Notes: generated by a model from the sequence alone, not told the origin. A DNA stretch of 64,000 nt from Octopus sinensis (GCF_006345805.1 NC_043002.1:109306001-109370000), one strand, 5' to 3'; shown: positions 23,445 through 35,851, counted from the stretch's first letter. Program-made: numbers and translations.

Positions 23445-24430
23445 AAATAATAGATACCTCTTATCTCATCTAGGACGCCCCAAGACTGTTTCCACACGTT
23501 TTCCCCCATTCATCTCGATCTTCCATAATGGTCCTCAGCTCCTGTACCCCTTCTATTCCAGTATCCTCCAGCAAGTTGTCGATATAGGTCGTCTTCCTCT
23601 CTTGTTTTTTTCCTTCTGTTGATTGCCAGAGCACTAGCTTGTTAGCAACTTCATCGGTGTGTCTGATAGTGCCCAGCTAGCCTCATCTTTCTATGCTGTA
23701 CCTTCAATGTTACTTTTGGTAGTCCCTGGTAGTTTGTTGTATGGCTCTTCCAGGAGACATTGAATGCCATTCTAAGCATCCTCGTACAAGAACCGTTCAA
23801 TGCTTTTAGTCAGCGTCCATATTTCAGCCCAGTTTAAACAGATTCCACTGTTGTCTGAAACAAGCTCCCTTTCAATTTCCTTTGAACTCCACGTCTTTCT
23901 CTATTTATGGTATGCACTCCAGGCAGTAGCTTTCCTTGCTACGATGTTTTTTTTTAAGTACTTTGTGTCCACGCACCAAGGTATTTGAAATTTTCAACCA
24001 CCTTCAGCGACTTACCGTCTCTCACTTTCACTGATTGAGTACTTGCAGCTGTTTTGTTTGCATTACAGTACAATCCTACCTTCCCTGATTCCTGCTTTAA
24101 TCTGCTCAGCACCTCCTGTACCTGATCTGTCCTCTCTGTTAGTAATACCAGGTCATCAGCATAATCTAGGTCAGTTACTGATCCCGCTTGATGCCGTCTA
24201 CTTCTTTGCCTATACAGTTTGAACCCCAGTTCTTCCTTGCCCTCGTACGTTCTACATATACATTACATAGTCCAGAACGGTGGTGAAGAGATAAGGTGCT
24301 AGCGTGTAATACTCCGGCTTTGACTTCAAAGTATTCCGTCTTTCCATCAGGAGCGATCCCTTTCACTCTGGTGTTCTCATACAGCTTACTTATTGCTTTT
24401 AGAATTCTTATGGCTAATGCAGTTTCTCAC
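23445..24430 (-). mobile_element. RTE-clade LINE fragment (second family)
   Basis: Minus strand reads PDGKTEYFEVKAGVL...TDLDYADDLVLLTERTDQVQEVLSRLKQESGKVGLYCNANKT. Confidence 0.85.
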
Positions 24431-24574
24431 CTCTCCTTGAGAAATGCATTCTTTTGAAAATTTTTCGGATTCCTACATTTTAGATGTCAGAGATGACGAA
24501 TATGCAAAAAAAAAAAAAATGACAACACCCCTACCCCGCCATTCAAATTTTTTATTTTGTTTACTTTAAAGAGA

Positions 24575-25760
24575 TCATAGGCGAGTCTACTTCTTCCACA
24601 GGTTCCCTCCACTGCTAGGGTGTGACACTTCTTCACATAGCTGTCCTCATCCATACGCAGCACGACCTTACCAGTGCAGTTGACTCTTGTACATCACATC
24701 TGATGCTTTTCTCTCAGGGCGCTTACACTGTCGTGCATGCACACTGACATTACACATCCAGTGGAGCATACCAGCTTAATTTTTTGCAATCTTACGCATA
24801 TCCTTAGTTATCACAGCCCATGTTTCACTGCCGTGTAGCATGGCTGTTCGCCCACATGTGTTATACAGTGTACCTTTCACTCTGGGCATGAGGCCTTTTG
24901 ATACCTGCAGAGGTAGGAACTCTCTGAACTTCGCCCAAGCTATTCTTACAGCTATGCTCTCAGAGCATCCACTCCTGCTACTGACTTGGTCACCTAGGTA
25001 ATGGAAGCCATCAACTGCTTCTAGTTTTTCCACCTGACATGTGACGGAAACTGTTTTCTGCACATGTTTATCTGCCACACAAAAAAACTATTTTCACAGT
25101 TAGCCTTCCTTTGATATTGCTGCACCTCATATGTGTCCATAGCTTACCCAGGTACATCAGCATAGAGGAGCTCCCTGGGGCATCCTGTCTTGAATTCTTC
25201 TGTTGTTGTCTGGAGGACTATGATGAATAAGAGTGAGCTGAGGACTGATCCTTGGTGGACCCCTACCTGGAATTCTTTACTATATTGCCAACCCTTACCT
25301 TACTGACAGCTGTTTTACCAGAAATATAGCACCAGTGGTGCTTCTCCCTGACACAAACTCAAACTGCATCTCGTCTAAACTAACTCTCTCCTTAATTAGT
25401 TAGGCTATGACCCTCTCCGTGACTTTCGTCATCTGATCCAACAATTTGATATCTCTGTAATTTTTCGTATCTAATGCATCACCTTTACCTTTGTAGCAGT
25501 TGACTATGGTGCTGCTATACCAGTCATTGGGTATGACTCCTTCATGTATCACCTGATTGACTATACAGGTGTCTAGACTATAGCCTACACCACCAGGTAT
25601 TTTAAGCATCTCTGCAGTGATTCCTGATGGGCTGGGGTCTTTCCTTGTCTTCATACCCTTAATTGCTTTATCTACCAAGGTACTGTCAATACAGATAACT
25701 GGACCCTCTGTTGGGTCGACATTTGGCAGACCATATTTCTTCTACTCATTCTCATCATTT
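24575..25760 (-). mobile_element. RTE-clade LINE fragment (same family as 1858-2559)
   Basis: ORFs 25400-25678 (PNDWYSSTIVNCYKGKGDALDTKNYRDIKLL) and 24776-25078 (FHYLGDQVSS...RTAMLHGSETW). Confidence 0.88.
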
Positions 25761-25829
25761 AGCAATTTTTGTAGTTATTAAAATGCGTACATATGCATAT
25801 ACACAAAGAAAAACATGATAAACAATGCC

Positions 25830-26280
25830 ATTGAATGAAAATTTTGTTGAGTGTTGTTTGCTTTGTTGGATTCTTCATTTGCAACTCTGCGTTGATTTTT
25901 TTTTCCTCACGAGTTCTAAAAAGTTTCATGTCACTGAAATTAAGTTTCAAGGCCACTTTCTAATTGAGTGAGATAGTGTCTCATTTCACCTGGTATTGGA
26001 AGCTCCGGAACTCTTTCATCAACAGCGTCAGAATCGCCATCTTCATCTCCTTCGGTTTCCTTCTCAGAATGCCGAATGTCGTGAATGATCTCGTTTAGTT
26101 TCTCTCCTTCAGTGATGGTCTCTGGAGCAACAAGAGCACCATCATCTGTGGACAACCAGTTCTTGACTTGCTTTTTACTCAGTCCAGTTGGCGGTGAAGG
26201 TAGGATCAAATCTTCATAAACATCTATGGCCTCATTTGATTCTTTGGGCAAAACAGAACCAGCTTTAGTCTAACAATGAT
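25830..26280 (-). mobile_element. pogo/Tigger-like transposase C-terminal fragment
   Basis: Acidic stretch (ETEGDEDGDSD), helical segment and terminal KQTTLNKIF. This fits my recollection of pogo-type C-termini; no catalytic core is visible. Confidence 0.55.
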
Positions 26281-26722
26281 TGTCTGGTTAGAGACCTTCT
26301 AAGCTACACTTAACGTGTACATGGTATCCCAGATGTGATCTGCTTTGCAACTTCTTGGACATTTAGTGTCTTCCATAACATTAATTATCTCGTGCATTTC
26401 ATGTCTAAAGTAGGCTGTTCTTTTTCAACTAAACCAAATACTAACTGTTACTATATTTCCATGACATTTTTCTGAGATTCTTAGATACATATTAATAGTG
26501 AAGGAGAAAAATATTTGAATTAATGAAGGGATTTATGTAATATTTGTTTAATTGTCATTAGTAACTAATATTTATTTTATTTTTCTTTCAGGACATATTT
26601 CCATTTGAAAGAAGATTATCTGCAGAGGATACTGCAAGTCTGCTATGTTAGAATAGAGATTTATCAACCAGTTAATGTCTTCATAGAGTGACAGAATAAA
26701 ACTGTAAAATTTAACTGAGAGA

Positions 26723-27754
26723 ATGTTTCAGAAAGTGAGCAAACGTTACAAATGTGGCATTTGTGGTAAAGTACTTACTACAAAGTGTAATTTAGCTATT
26801 CATAAGCGCACTCATACTGGGGAAAAGCCATACCACTGTGAAGTATGTGAGAAGGCATTCTCTGTAAAAGCTTATTTAACAGAACACAAACGTACACATA
26901 CAGGAGAGAAACCGTTTCACTGTGAAATATGTGGAAAATCATTTTCCACTAAAGGTTATATAAAAACACACAAACGTACTCACACTGGAGAGAAACCATA
27001 CAACTGTGAAATCTGTGGCAAAGCATTTTCACAGTTTAATAATATAAGAATTCATCAGCTTATTCACACTGGAGAAAAACAATACCATTGTGAAATTTGT
27101 GGCAAAAGATTTTCTCAACTTGGTGATTTATCAAGACATAAACGTACTCACACTGGGGAGAAGCCATACAGGTGTGATGACTGTGGGAAAGCATTTTCTA
27201 ATGTGAGTAACTTTGAAAGACACAGAGGTGTGCACTCAAAACCTTACCACTGTGAAATTTGTGGTAAAATATTTTCTGTGAAAGAGTCTTTAACAGTACA
27301 CAAACGAGTTCACACTGGAGAGAAGCCATATGCTTGTGACATATGTGGGAAAGGATTTCCAGGGAATATTACCTTAAGAAGGCATAAACGTGTTCACACA
27401 GGGAAAAACGGACATCACTGTGAAATCTGTGGGAAGGCATTTCATGAAAAATATCTCTTAACATCACACAATCGTATTCACACAGGAGAGAAACCATATC
27501 ACTGTGAAGTTTGTGGAAAAGACTTTTCTGAGAGGTGCAGCTTAAAGAAACACAATCGTGTTCATACTGGGGAGAAGCCACATCAGTGTGAAATCTGTGG
27601 CAACGCATTTTCTGAAACTGGTAGCTTAAAAAGTCACAGACGTATTCACACAGGAGAGAAACCATATCACTGTCTAATATGTGGAAAAGAATTTTCGCAT
27701 AAGAGCAGCTTAACAACTCATATCCATTTTCATACTGGAGAAAAACCACACTAA
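26723..27754 (+). CDS. C2H2 zinc-finger protein, paralog 4 (12 fingers, 343 aa)
   Basis: Intact ORF; acceptor at 26591/26592. Confidence 0.93.
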   Translation: MFQKVSKRYKCGICGKVLTTKCNLAIHKRTHTGEKPYHCEVCEKAFSVKAYLTEHKRTHTGEKPFHCEICGKSFSTKGYIKTHKRTHTGEKPYNCEICGKAFSQFNNIRIHQLIHTGEKQYHCEICGKRFSQLGDLSRHKRTHTGEKPYRCDDCGKAFSNVSNFERHRGVHSKPYHCEICGKIFSVKESLTVHKRVHTGEKPYACDICGKGFPGNITLRRHKRVHTGKNGHHCEICGKAFHEKYLLTSHNRIHTGEKPYHCEVCGKDFSERCSLKKHNRVHTGEKPHQCEICGNAFSETGSLKSHRRIHTGEKPYHCLICGKEFSHKSSLTTHIHFHTGEKPH

Positions 27755-28111
27755 CATGATATTTGTGGGAAAGCATTTTCTGGAAAAATTGTCCTATTAA
27801 TTTATAAATGCACTCATACCAGAGAAAAACCATATCACTGTGAAGTTTGTGGCAAGGAATTTCACAGTAGTGGCAGCCTAAACGGACATATACGTACACA
27901 CGCTGGAGTAAAACCTCACCACTGTGAAATCTGTGGCAAACCATTTTCTAACTTGAGGTCTTTAATAAGACACATCGTACTCATACTGAGGAAAAAACCA
28001 TACAGCTGTGATATTTGTGGGGAATCAGTTACTTACAGTGATTATATATCTACTCATAAACGTACTTTTAATGATAGAGATAAATCTTTATATGAAATTA
28101 AATTACTATAA
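27755..28111 (+). pseudogene. Finger tail of paralog 4, open in frame after the TAA
   Basis: 118 sense codons follow the stop until TAA at 28109-28111. One fully intact finger; the others have lost zinc ligands. Confidence 0.75.
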
Positions 28112-29746
28112 ATGTTTATGATATGTAAAAAGTTTTCTTCGAAATTGTTGTAAATTTTTCTTTTTAATGTTACTTGCTAGGTCACATGTATCATATGATG
28201 TGGTTAGTGTGAGAAAATTGTTGTTACTACTACTACTACTACTGTTAGCAATGCAACAGAATTAGGGAGACATAAAACACTCCATCTACTGCACGCAGTT
28301 ACCTGGCTCCTGTCAAAGAGATAGGGTCTAAGTTTAGAAAGGAACCAGGGCGAAGTACTAGTCCATCATAGAGAATGATGCAAATTGAGATGTGCCCACT
28401 ATACACAAGTAAATCCTGGATAGCATGAAAAAAATGAAGAAGGTGGATAAGGCCAACTAACTTGTGGTATGATAACTAAAAATACCAGAGTATTATTAGA
28501 GTAGGTGAACTAGGATATGTTTTTGAGAAAACCTTAGGTAAAATGAATCAATGGATTAAAGTTGCAGAGAGGTGATGGAACTCAGTAAAATCCAAGATCT
28601 GCAGAACATAGCAATTTGAAAAAAACACCTTTAAGGAGAGCAACTGTATAGTGTGTAGGGTGAACCTACAGATAAACAGTAAAATTTGGAATGTAGTTTA
28701 TAATATAAGGTGTAGTGAGGTATGGAAGAGAAACAGGACAACAACATACACTGCTGGAAGCTGAAGGAGGAGAAAAGCTCATCAGTGCTCTACCAACATG
28801 CTCAATTACGACATAAAGGCTTGGTGAATAACATAGATTTTAAGATGTTAGAAAATATTATCACATAGACCAGACAGGTTATGAAGGCCACAGATATAGT
28901 AGTAGGTGGACTGAGCCTCAGCAGGAAACATGAATGATTTAACATCACCCCACTCCATCACATTGCACAGCCTGATGACTAAAGACATACACTATAATAC
29001 ATAAACCCACACACACACACACACACACACAAGACATGCTAAAAAAGAAAAATAAATAAATAAAAAAACAGGTACAAACAATGTAGTAAGCATACACATA
29101 TGCACACAAAAAAACACACTCAGATACAGATGCAAATTGTTGTGCATAAAAAGATACATACCACAGAAATAGAAAATGGAATAAGCAGAACAAGAAGAGA
29201 CATGGGATAGAGAGTTACTGAAGAGGTCACAGGATGTGTGATGAAAGAGCTGTAAGAAAGAAACTAGAATAATGATAAAGCTGAAGAGAAGACCAAATAT
29301 ATAGAGGGTGTTTAATTGGCAAAATATGACCATCATTATGTATAACAATATTATAACATTTTGATGTAAAGCCCCGTGGTTGTCATGAGGATATGCTATT
29401 GATTATATTATCATGGTTGTTATGGATCTGGTCGTGTGGTAGTTTCGATTGTCTTATAAATCTAGATAAATTATCACCACTGGCTGAACATGTAGACACA
29501 GGAACTGAACTTCCCTATAGTTCTGTATTGCCATTATTCCTGAAAACCATCCATTGATAACTCATTTACAGTCATTCCAAATAGTCTTTATATCTTTCTC
29601 ACCCTGCAGACCCAACCCATAGTTATCTTTATACTTCTGAAGTCAACTGGTCATTTTTTTTCATCACAATAACCTGAACCTCTAAGGAGTTTAAGTAAGC
29701 TGAATAGCCACAGCTCCATTAGTTTTTTTAAATTATCCTGGTATCA

Positions 29747-30915
29747 TGCTTGACCAACTTACTGGTAATGGAAGAATTGGTGATGCGTATCCTGGATGAT
29801 GGTGATGCTGTTGACATCGTTTTATTGGACTTTGCCAAAGCTTTTGACTCGGTTAACCACCGCCTATTACTTGTGAAGCTTCAAGCATATCGTTTCCATC
29901 CGGATATTGTGTGATGGGTTGGTGCCTTCCTCTCAGATTGCTCCTTCCAAGTCCAAGTTAATGGTTCACTGTCCGACGTCTCCAGTGCAAGCAGAGGCGT
30001 GCCTCAAGGTTCAGTGCTTGGGCTGTTATTGTTTTTAGTCTTCATCAATGACTTGCCCGACGACCTCATGCAACACACCCTTCTATTTACCGATGATGTC
30101 AAACTGGTCGCTCCTCGCAGATGGTCAAATGAATGGGACCTGTGTCTGAACGTGTCAAAGTGCTGTTATCTACCTGTTGGCTCCTCTCCTGCAACTCAAC
30201 TTGATTTCGAGCCGGGTCGTCTGCTGCTGGAGAAGACCGACCAAGTAAAGGACCTGGGTATCTTAGTGGATTCTTCCTTTTCGCCTTCGGCCCAATGTGT
30301 CCATGCTGCCAACAAAGCATGCGGAATTCTGTTTTTGATTTGACGGTCATTTGGAATGCTCATGGCAGCCATATTCCTACCACTCTATGTCACACTGGTG
30401 AGACCCATATTGGAGTACGGGATTCAAGCCTCTTCTCCTTATCTCCTTAAAGACATACATCATCTCGAAAGAGTCCAGAAGCTGGCTACCCGCATGGTTC
30501 TTGGTCTCAAGCATTTGTCTTATGAAGAAAGGCTGAAGATGCTCAACCTTTATTCTCTCAATAAATGATGACGCTGTGGTGATCTCATTCTCGCTCACAA
30601 CATCATAAGCGGAAAGTGTAACCTCTCGAAAGAGCTGTTCTTCACTCCTGCTCCAGAGCGTGGGCTGCGGGGTCACTTCGAAAAGCTCTATCTATGACGA
30701 TTTCATCTCAATCGAAGGAGAGGGGCTTTCTCCGTCCGGGTTGCGGATCTGTGGAATAAGCTGCCAGACGAGATACTGAAGATGCCGATGACCGCTCGGT
30801 TCAAAGTCTCTCTTGACCAGAAATGGCCTGAACTCTTTGTATGACCACCCTCCCTGTCCCCCTACATGGCCTTGCTTTTGCTTTTTGAGCCAATAAAAAT
30901 TGAATTGAATTGAAT
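29747..30915 (+). mobile_element. 5'-truncated CR1-type LINE (RT domain to 3' tail)
   Basis: Reads VDIVLLDFAKAFDSVNH...GVPQGSVLG..LFLVFINDLP...LFTDDVKL...LVRPILEYG; ends AATAAA plus (ATTGA)n. Confidence 0.92.
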
Positions 30916-30976
30916 ACACTGTTGATCCATTAGAAAGATCAAAGCTGGTGACTGCAATAATTCTTTTAGGTATGTC

Positions 30977-31122
30977 AGAGTGGTTGGCGTTAGCAAGGGC
31001 ATCCAGCTGTAGAAATTCTGCCAGATCAGATTGGGGCCTGGTGCAGCCATCTGGTTCACCAGTCCTCAGTCAAATCGTCCAACCCATGCTAGCATGGAAA
31101 GCAGACGTTAAACATGATGATG
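30977..31122 (+). mobile_element. Short retroposon with RTE-like tail
   Basis: TSD atgtc and (GAT)n tail. Same site and same truncation point as 62966-63115. Confidence 0.8.
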
Positions 31123-32616
31123 ATGTCCGTACATATCCCACATGGCCCTGAATGCTTTACCCATAGCATCACTCCAGCCGTTCAAACACAAAACAGCAAC
31201 TACAATGCTTGAATCAAACCACCCATCCCTGCAAACTAGATAATCCTTACCCAGTTCCTAAACTCCAACTAATCTTTGTATACCAAAAGGATCACTAGTG
31301 ACTATGGAGATTCCTTGTTCCCTCCATCTCTCAATGTTGTTCTCAGAGTAGTTCTGTGGAAAAGGCTCTGCATCCAGCTCCATTGCATTAACTGTTTCTT
31401 TCCAATCCACCATGCACACACACAGTCTTAAGTACCTCAGTTGCCTGCAAACATACCAAGGCCAATAACTCTTAACAAAGTCCCTTCAGTTACCTTCTAT
31501 CACAATCGCACAAAAATATTCCCTGTTTTCACCAAACTCTTCAATATTTTTTCTCTCTCTGTCTTTCTGTGTGTATCCTGATTAATGTTTAACTTTTTGA
31601 TCCTGATGATAAGCAACTCCTTCTGAAAGGAAAACTCCAACTTATTACCACTTCTCAAATGCTCAGACATGCTGAGAGCTAGCAAACTTTGGTTACAACT
31701 AATTGAAATGATAATTCTTTATTGTGAGCCTTCTCTTCATCTAATTTTACCTTCTAACCACCTTCTTAACTCAGTATCAATTTGTACTAACTCTAACTAC
31801 ACTGGAAAATATCTTCAGCAAGTCATGTGCCCAATCTTCTAGCAATGAACTAGCCACTTCTATAGGTGTTTAAAATTTCAAAGCAACAACAAAACTCCAA
31901 TAATATCAATTAACTTGTTGTAAAGACCGGATCCACTTCACTCATACATTTTCCATATTTCCCAAAGATTTCAATTTGATCTTAATGGAAAGAAATTCTG
32001 TTGTTTTCATCAATATTTTGATAAAAGACCTTCATGTGAAGATGAATCTCACCAAATTTAATTTTAGTCCTCAAAAGCAGGGTCATAATGCAAGTACAGA
32101 ATCTTATGTATGGAAACTGAAAGATTTACACACCAAAGATTGCATGTAGCACCAAATATGATCGTTTGGAGTCACACTTGTGCACTCTTTGCATCAAATG
32201 TAGTCAGATGAATAAATTATGATAATATTTAAAAATCTTTATTCCCTTCAGTGTGAACATTCATAGATTTACTAGTTGTTTGGTATGTAGACGTCTTGTT
32301 TAATGTGGATTTCCCCATTATCCTGAGCTAGCCGGTGATATTTCCCTCATAATTATGGTTAGTTAAAACGTGCATGTACATTACTAGGCTAAGCCTCTGG
32401 ATTCACTTTAATGGTATGCCTATCTGTTCAACCTCCGAAATGGATTTTGAATTCAATGTCGCACAGATGATCGGCGACTTGTATTTGAAGGCCTACAAAT
32501 ATATTGTACTACTATTTCAAAAATCCCAAAAGGGCCAACTCCTAAGGGTTTCCGGCAAGAGATGGTATATCTGCATCGGCACAATAACAACACAGAAAAT
32601 ATGTCACGCTATTCAG

Positions 32617-33004
32617 GCGGCTAGCTGGCAGAAACGTTAGCACGCCGGGCGAAATGCGTAGCCATATTTCGTCTGCCGTTACGTTCTGAGTTCAAATTCC
32701 GCCGAGGTCGACTTTTCCTTTCACCCTTTCGGGGTCGATTAAATAAGTACCAGTTATGCACTGGGGTTGATGTAATTGACTTAATCCGTTTGTCTGTCCT
32801 TGTTTGTCCTCTCTGTGTTTAGCCCCTTGTGGGTAGTAAAGAAATAGGTATTTCGTCTGTCTTATGTTCTGAGTTCAAATTCTGCCAAAGTTGACTTTGC
32901 CTTTCATCCTTTCAGGGTCGATAAATAAAGTACCAGTTGCATATTGGGGTCGATGTGATCAACTTAATCCCTATGTTTAGCTCCTTGTGTGCAATAAAGA
33001 AATA
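32617..33004 (+). mobile_element. Tandem pair of SINEs upstream of the paralog 5 promoter
   Basis: Two copies of ttctgagttcaaattc..gtcgactttgcctttcatcctttc..gtcgat. Absent from the sister sequence near 43860. Confidence 0.8.
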
Positions 33005-33079
33005 TATTTCACGTTATCCGAAACTCAGAACTTCAGGCGAAACTTTCTGTCGAATGAAGAACGAAAGAAAACTTAGCCT

Positions 33080-33237
33080 GTAGACCACGTGACTTGATTT
33101 CATATATAACACCGCCATCTTAGTCTCTGGCCATGCTTTTACCGATTCCTCGTGGACGGCGTTAGAATTATTTAGCAGTTGATGTTTCTGATCGATACTA
33201 AGAATGGGTAGTTATTCAGGAGAAGAAATGTATTAAG
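33080..33237 (+). promoter_or_regulatory. Putative promoter and first exon of paralog 5
   Basis: CACGTGAC at 33086, CCGCCATCTT at 33112, CCAAT deleted, donor at 33237/33238. Confidence 0.65.
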
Positions 33238-33299
33238 GTAAGATAACGTTTATTTATCCATTGAGCAAGCTTTCAGTATCTGGTGATGAAAGAAGTAAA

Positions 33300-33620
33300 T
33301 ACAAATTAAACGGGAGATAATTAAGTTCTCGTTCTTCTACCGAAATCATTCTCCAAAATTGTCGGAGTTGATAGCAATGGGCAACCGCTAGCTGGCCGTT
33401 GGGTTTTCGGTGGCATTGAAAGGATTTCCAAAAAATGCCTGATCGTATTGTACAGACTTGCTCTATTCTCCCAGGGAGAGTCACATTGCGAGTGATGACC
33501 GGCGATCCTACAGCAATATTGGATGCCTAAATGACGGTATGTGCTCTCACGAAATGATTGTGCATCGAGAGGAGTTTGTAGATCCGACGAATAAGGACGT
33601 TCACGCGCAAAATGTATTTG
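33300..33620 (+). mobile_element. Merlin/IS1595(ISXO2)-like transposase fragment
   Basis: Reads GRWVFGGIERISKK...ASDDRRSYSNIGCL...HREEFVDPTNKDVHAQNV, with frameshifts. Confidence 0.75.
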
Positions 33621-35851
33621 TGTTGTGTCCTGTGTCGATATAAAAAAGGCTGGCGATCTTAAACTATGGTACTCATACCGTAATTTAGACAAAAGACTTT
33701 CCGTTAAGGGTCAACGCTATTAACTAACCTCTCCTCTGTAAATTACTGTTATTCATGTTTGTCGGAGCAAATTTTTTTCTCTCGCAAAATATACTTTCTG
33801 TAGAAGACAGTAAAAAACCTGAAAATTGGCTATAATAATGTTGCATTCTATTCACATTGCTGTGAAGGTAAGCTGGTATGGAGGGAAAAAAAGTCGGAGA
33901 AAGCAGTTACAGGTTTATAAATGTAAGAAACTAGGTATTTTTAGCTAATAATAAGACGGAATTTTTCTGCGTTTAGTGGTGTCAACTTTAAGGATGTACC
34001 CTGTGAAATGTGGCGTCTGTACTGTTCCTTGTAGGTTTGTATGCTTGGGTTTGTTAACTATAAGAATAACACTGGTCAGCAAAGAACTTGTCCCAAGGGA
34101 ATGAATACCTGTATCTTATAAGTTGTGATTCGCTGATCTATGATTATGAGATATTTATTGATGATAATAGCGCCTGACACTGAGAAGGGTACTTATTCTG
34201 TGACAGAGGCATCAGCCACGACTATGTTTATATTTATATATATATGTGTGTGTGTGTGTGTCTTTTATATTATCTCTTCTCTATCACTTGACAACCAGTG
34301 TTGGTTTGTTTATGTCACCATAACTTACACTCCCACTAAAGAGATCCAAGAAGATAAATACTAGATTAAAAAAAACAGTACTGGTGTTGAGTTGAACCTA
34401 ACCTGTCAAGGCAGTACCCCAGCATGGCCACATTCCACTGACTGAAAGAAGAAAAACATTAATGGATTCGGTTCTATTTCAACTAAAACAAACAATAATT
34501 GTTACTTTATTTGCATGACACTCTTCTGAGATTCTTAGACACATATGAATAGTTAAGGACAAAAATATTTGTCTCGTTGGAAGGATTTAGGGTAATGTTT
34601 GAAACTTTGCTGATAATAATTATGCAAAACAGTAATACTGAATGGAAATAATCCAGTGACCATGGGCCCATGACAGTACCTCCAACAGAGTATTACTTAA
34701 ACACTGTCCCAAATAGCAGAAATGTTGTTTTTTTTCGTAATTCTTCAGCATCAAGTATATCTATATCTATAACAATGATTTTACATATGTCATGTTTTCT
34801 TCTGATCTCTCTTCCATCTAAAGACTGAGGAATAAAACAGATATCCTGTTAGAGAAGTTTGCGTTTTATCTGTTCTCAAAATAACAAGAATTATTGATTT
34901 CAGATTTTGGCACAAGGCCAGTAGTTTGAGGGCAGGGGCCAGTGGATTTACATGAATGCAAGTATTCAACTGGTACTCAATTCATTGACCGAAAAGAATG
35001 AAAGGCAAAGTTAACCGTGTCAGAATGTGAATATAGATATGTCACTAAGCATTAAGCCAGGTACGCCCAGGAATCAGCTAGCTCGGTGTCTGAAATAGCC
35101 AAAAACATTGAAAGGTGATAATGGAAAGAATTCTACATAGTTGTTATGAAGCTCCTTCTGACCATGTTAAATGATATCCTCTATTTATCTAATTCTACCT
35201 AGTTTCAATCTGTGAACGATTGGTCAGTTTGTTTAATCACAGATGTATTCAAACAGGTGATAGAAGCATACTCTGAAATATGTGGGAAAACATTGTTAAT
35301 TATTGCTGTCAAATAAGACAATAACACTCTCACCTACCACAAATGGGGGAAAGCATTTTTTGTAGAAATGTTTACTTCGGGGAGAATGCATTATACACTC
35401 TGTAAAGTGGTGAGCATTAGGAAGGGCATCCAGCTGTAGAAACCATGCCAAAACAGACAATGGAGCCTGGTGGGGCCTTGCTGCTTCCTGTCAAACTGTC
35501 CGACTCTTGCCAGGACCAAAAACAGATATTAGATAATAATGATAAGGACTTAGGGAATATTCTATTGATCCTGAACAGAGACAACATGAAGAAAGGTTGT
35601 GACTTGCTGATCTATGATTGAGATATTGTTGAGAATATAAGTCAATCACTTACCACACAAATAGCAACTCATTTCACAACTTTTTAGTCATTAGTATCTA
35701 ATATTTATTTTATTTTTCTTTCAGGACATATTTCCATTTGAAAGAAGATTTTCTGCAGAGGATACTGCCAATCTGCTGTGTTAGGGTAGAGAGATTTATC
35801 AACCAATGTTTTCAGAATGAGAAAATAAAATTGCAAAATTTAACTGAGAGA

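Larger units (their letters stand above)
28240..31740 (-). pseudogene. Decayed antisense membrane-protein ORF (unit 4 copy, interrupted by a CR1 and a SINE)
   Basis: 31420 to 31123 reads about 99 codons with one stop: MVDWKETVNAMELDAEPFPQNYSENNIERWREQGISIVTSDPFGIQRLVGV*ELGKDYLVCRDGWFDSSIVVAVLCLNGWSDAMGKAFRAMWDM. Confidence 0.68.

Noticed and set aside
31130-31260. VCRDGW...AVLC and GPCGIWMD resemblance to an SRCR domain
   Set aside because: The pieces are in different frames and the cysteine spacing does not fit. The family is left unassigned.
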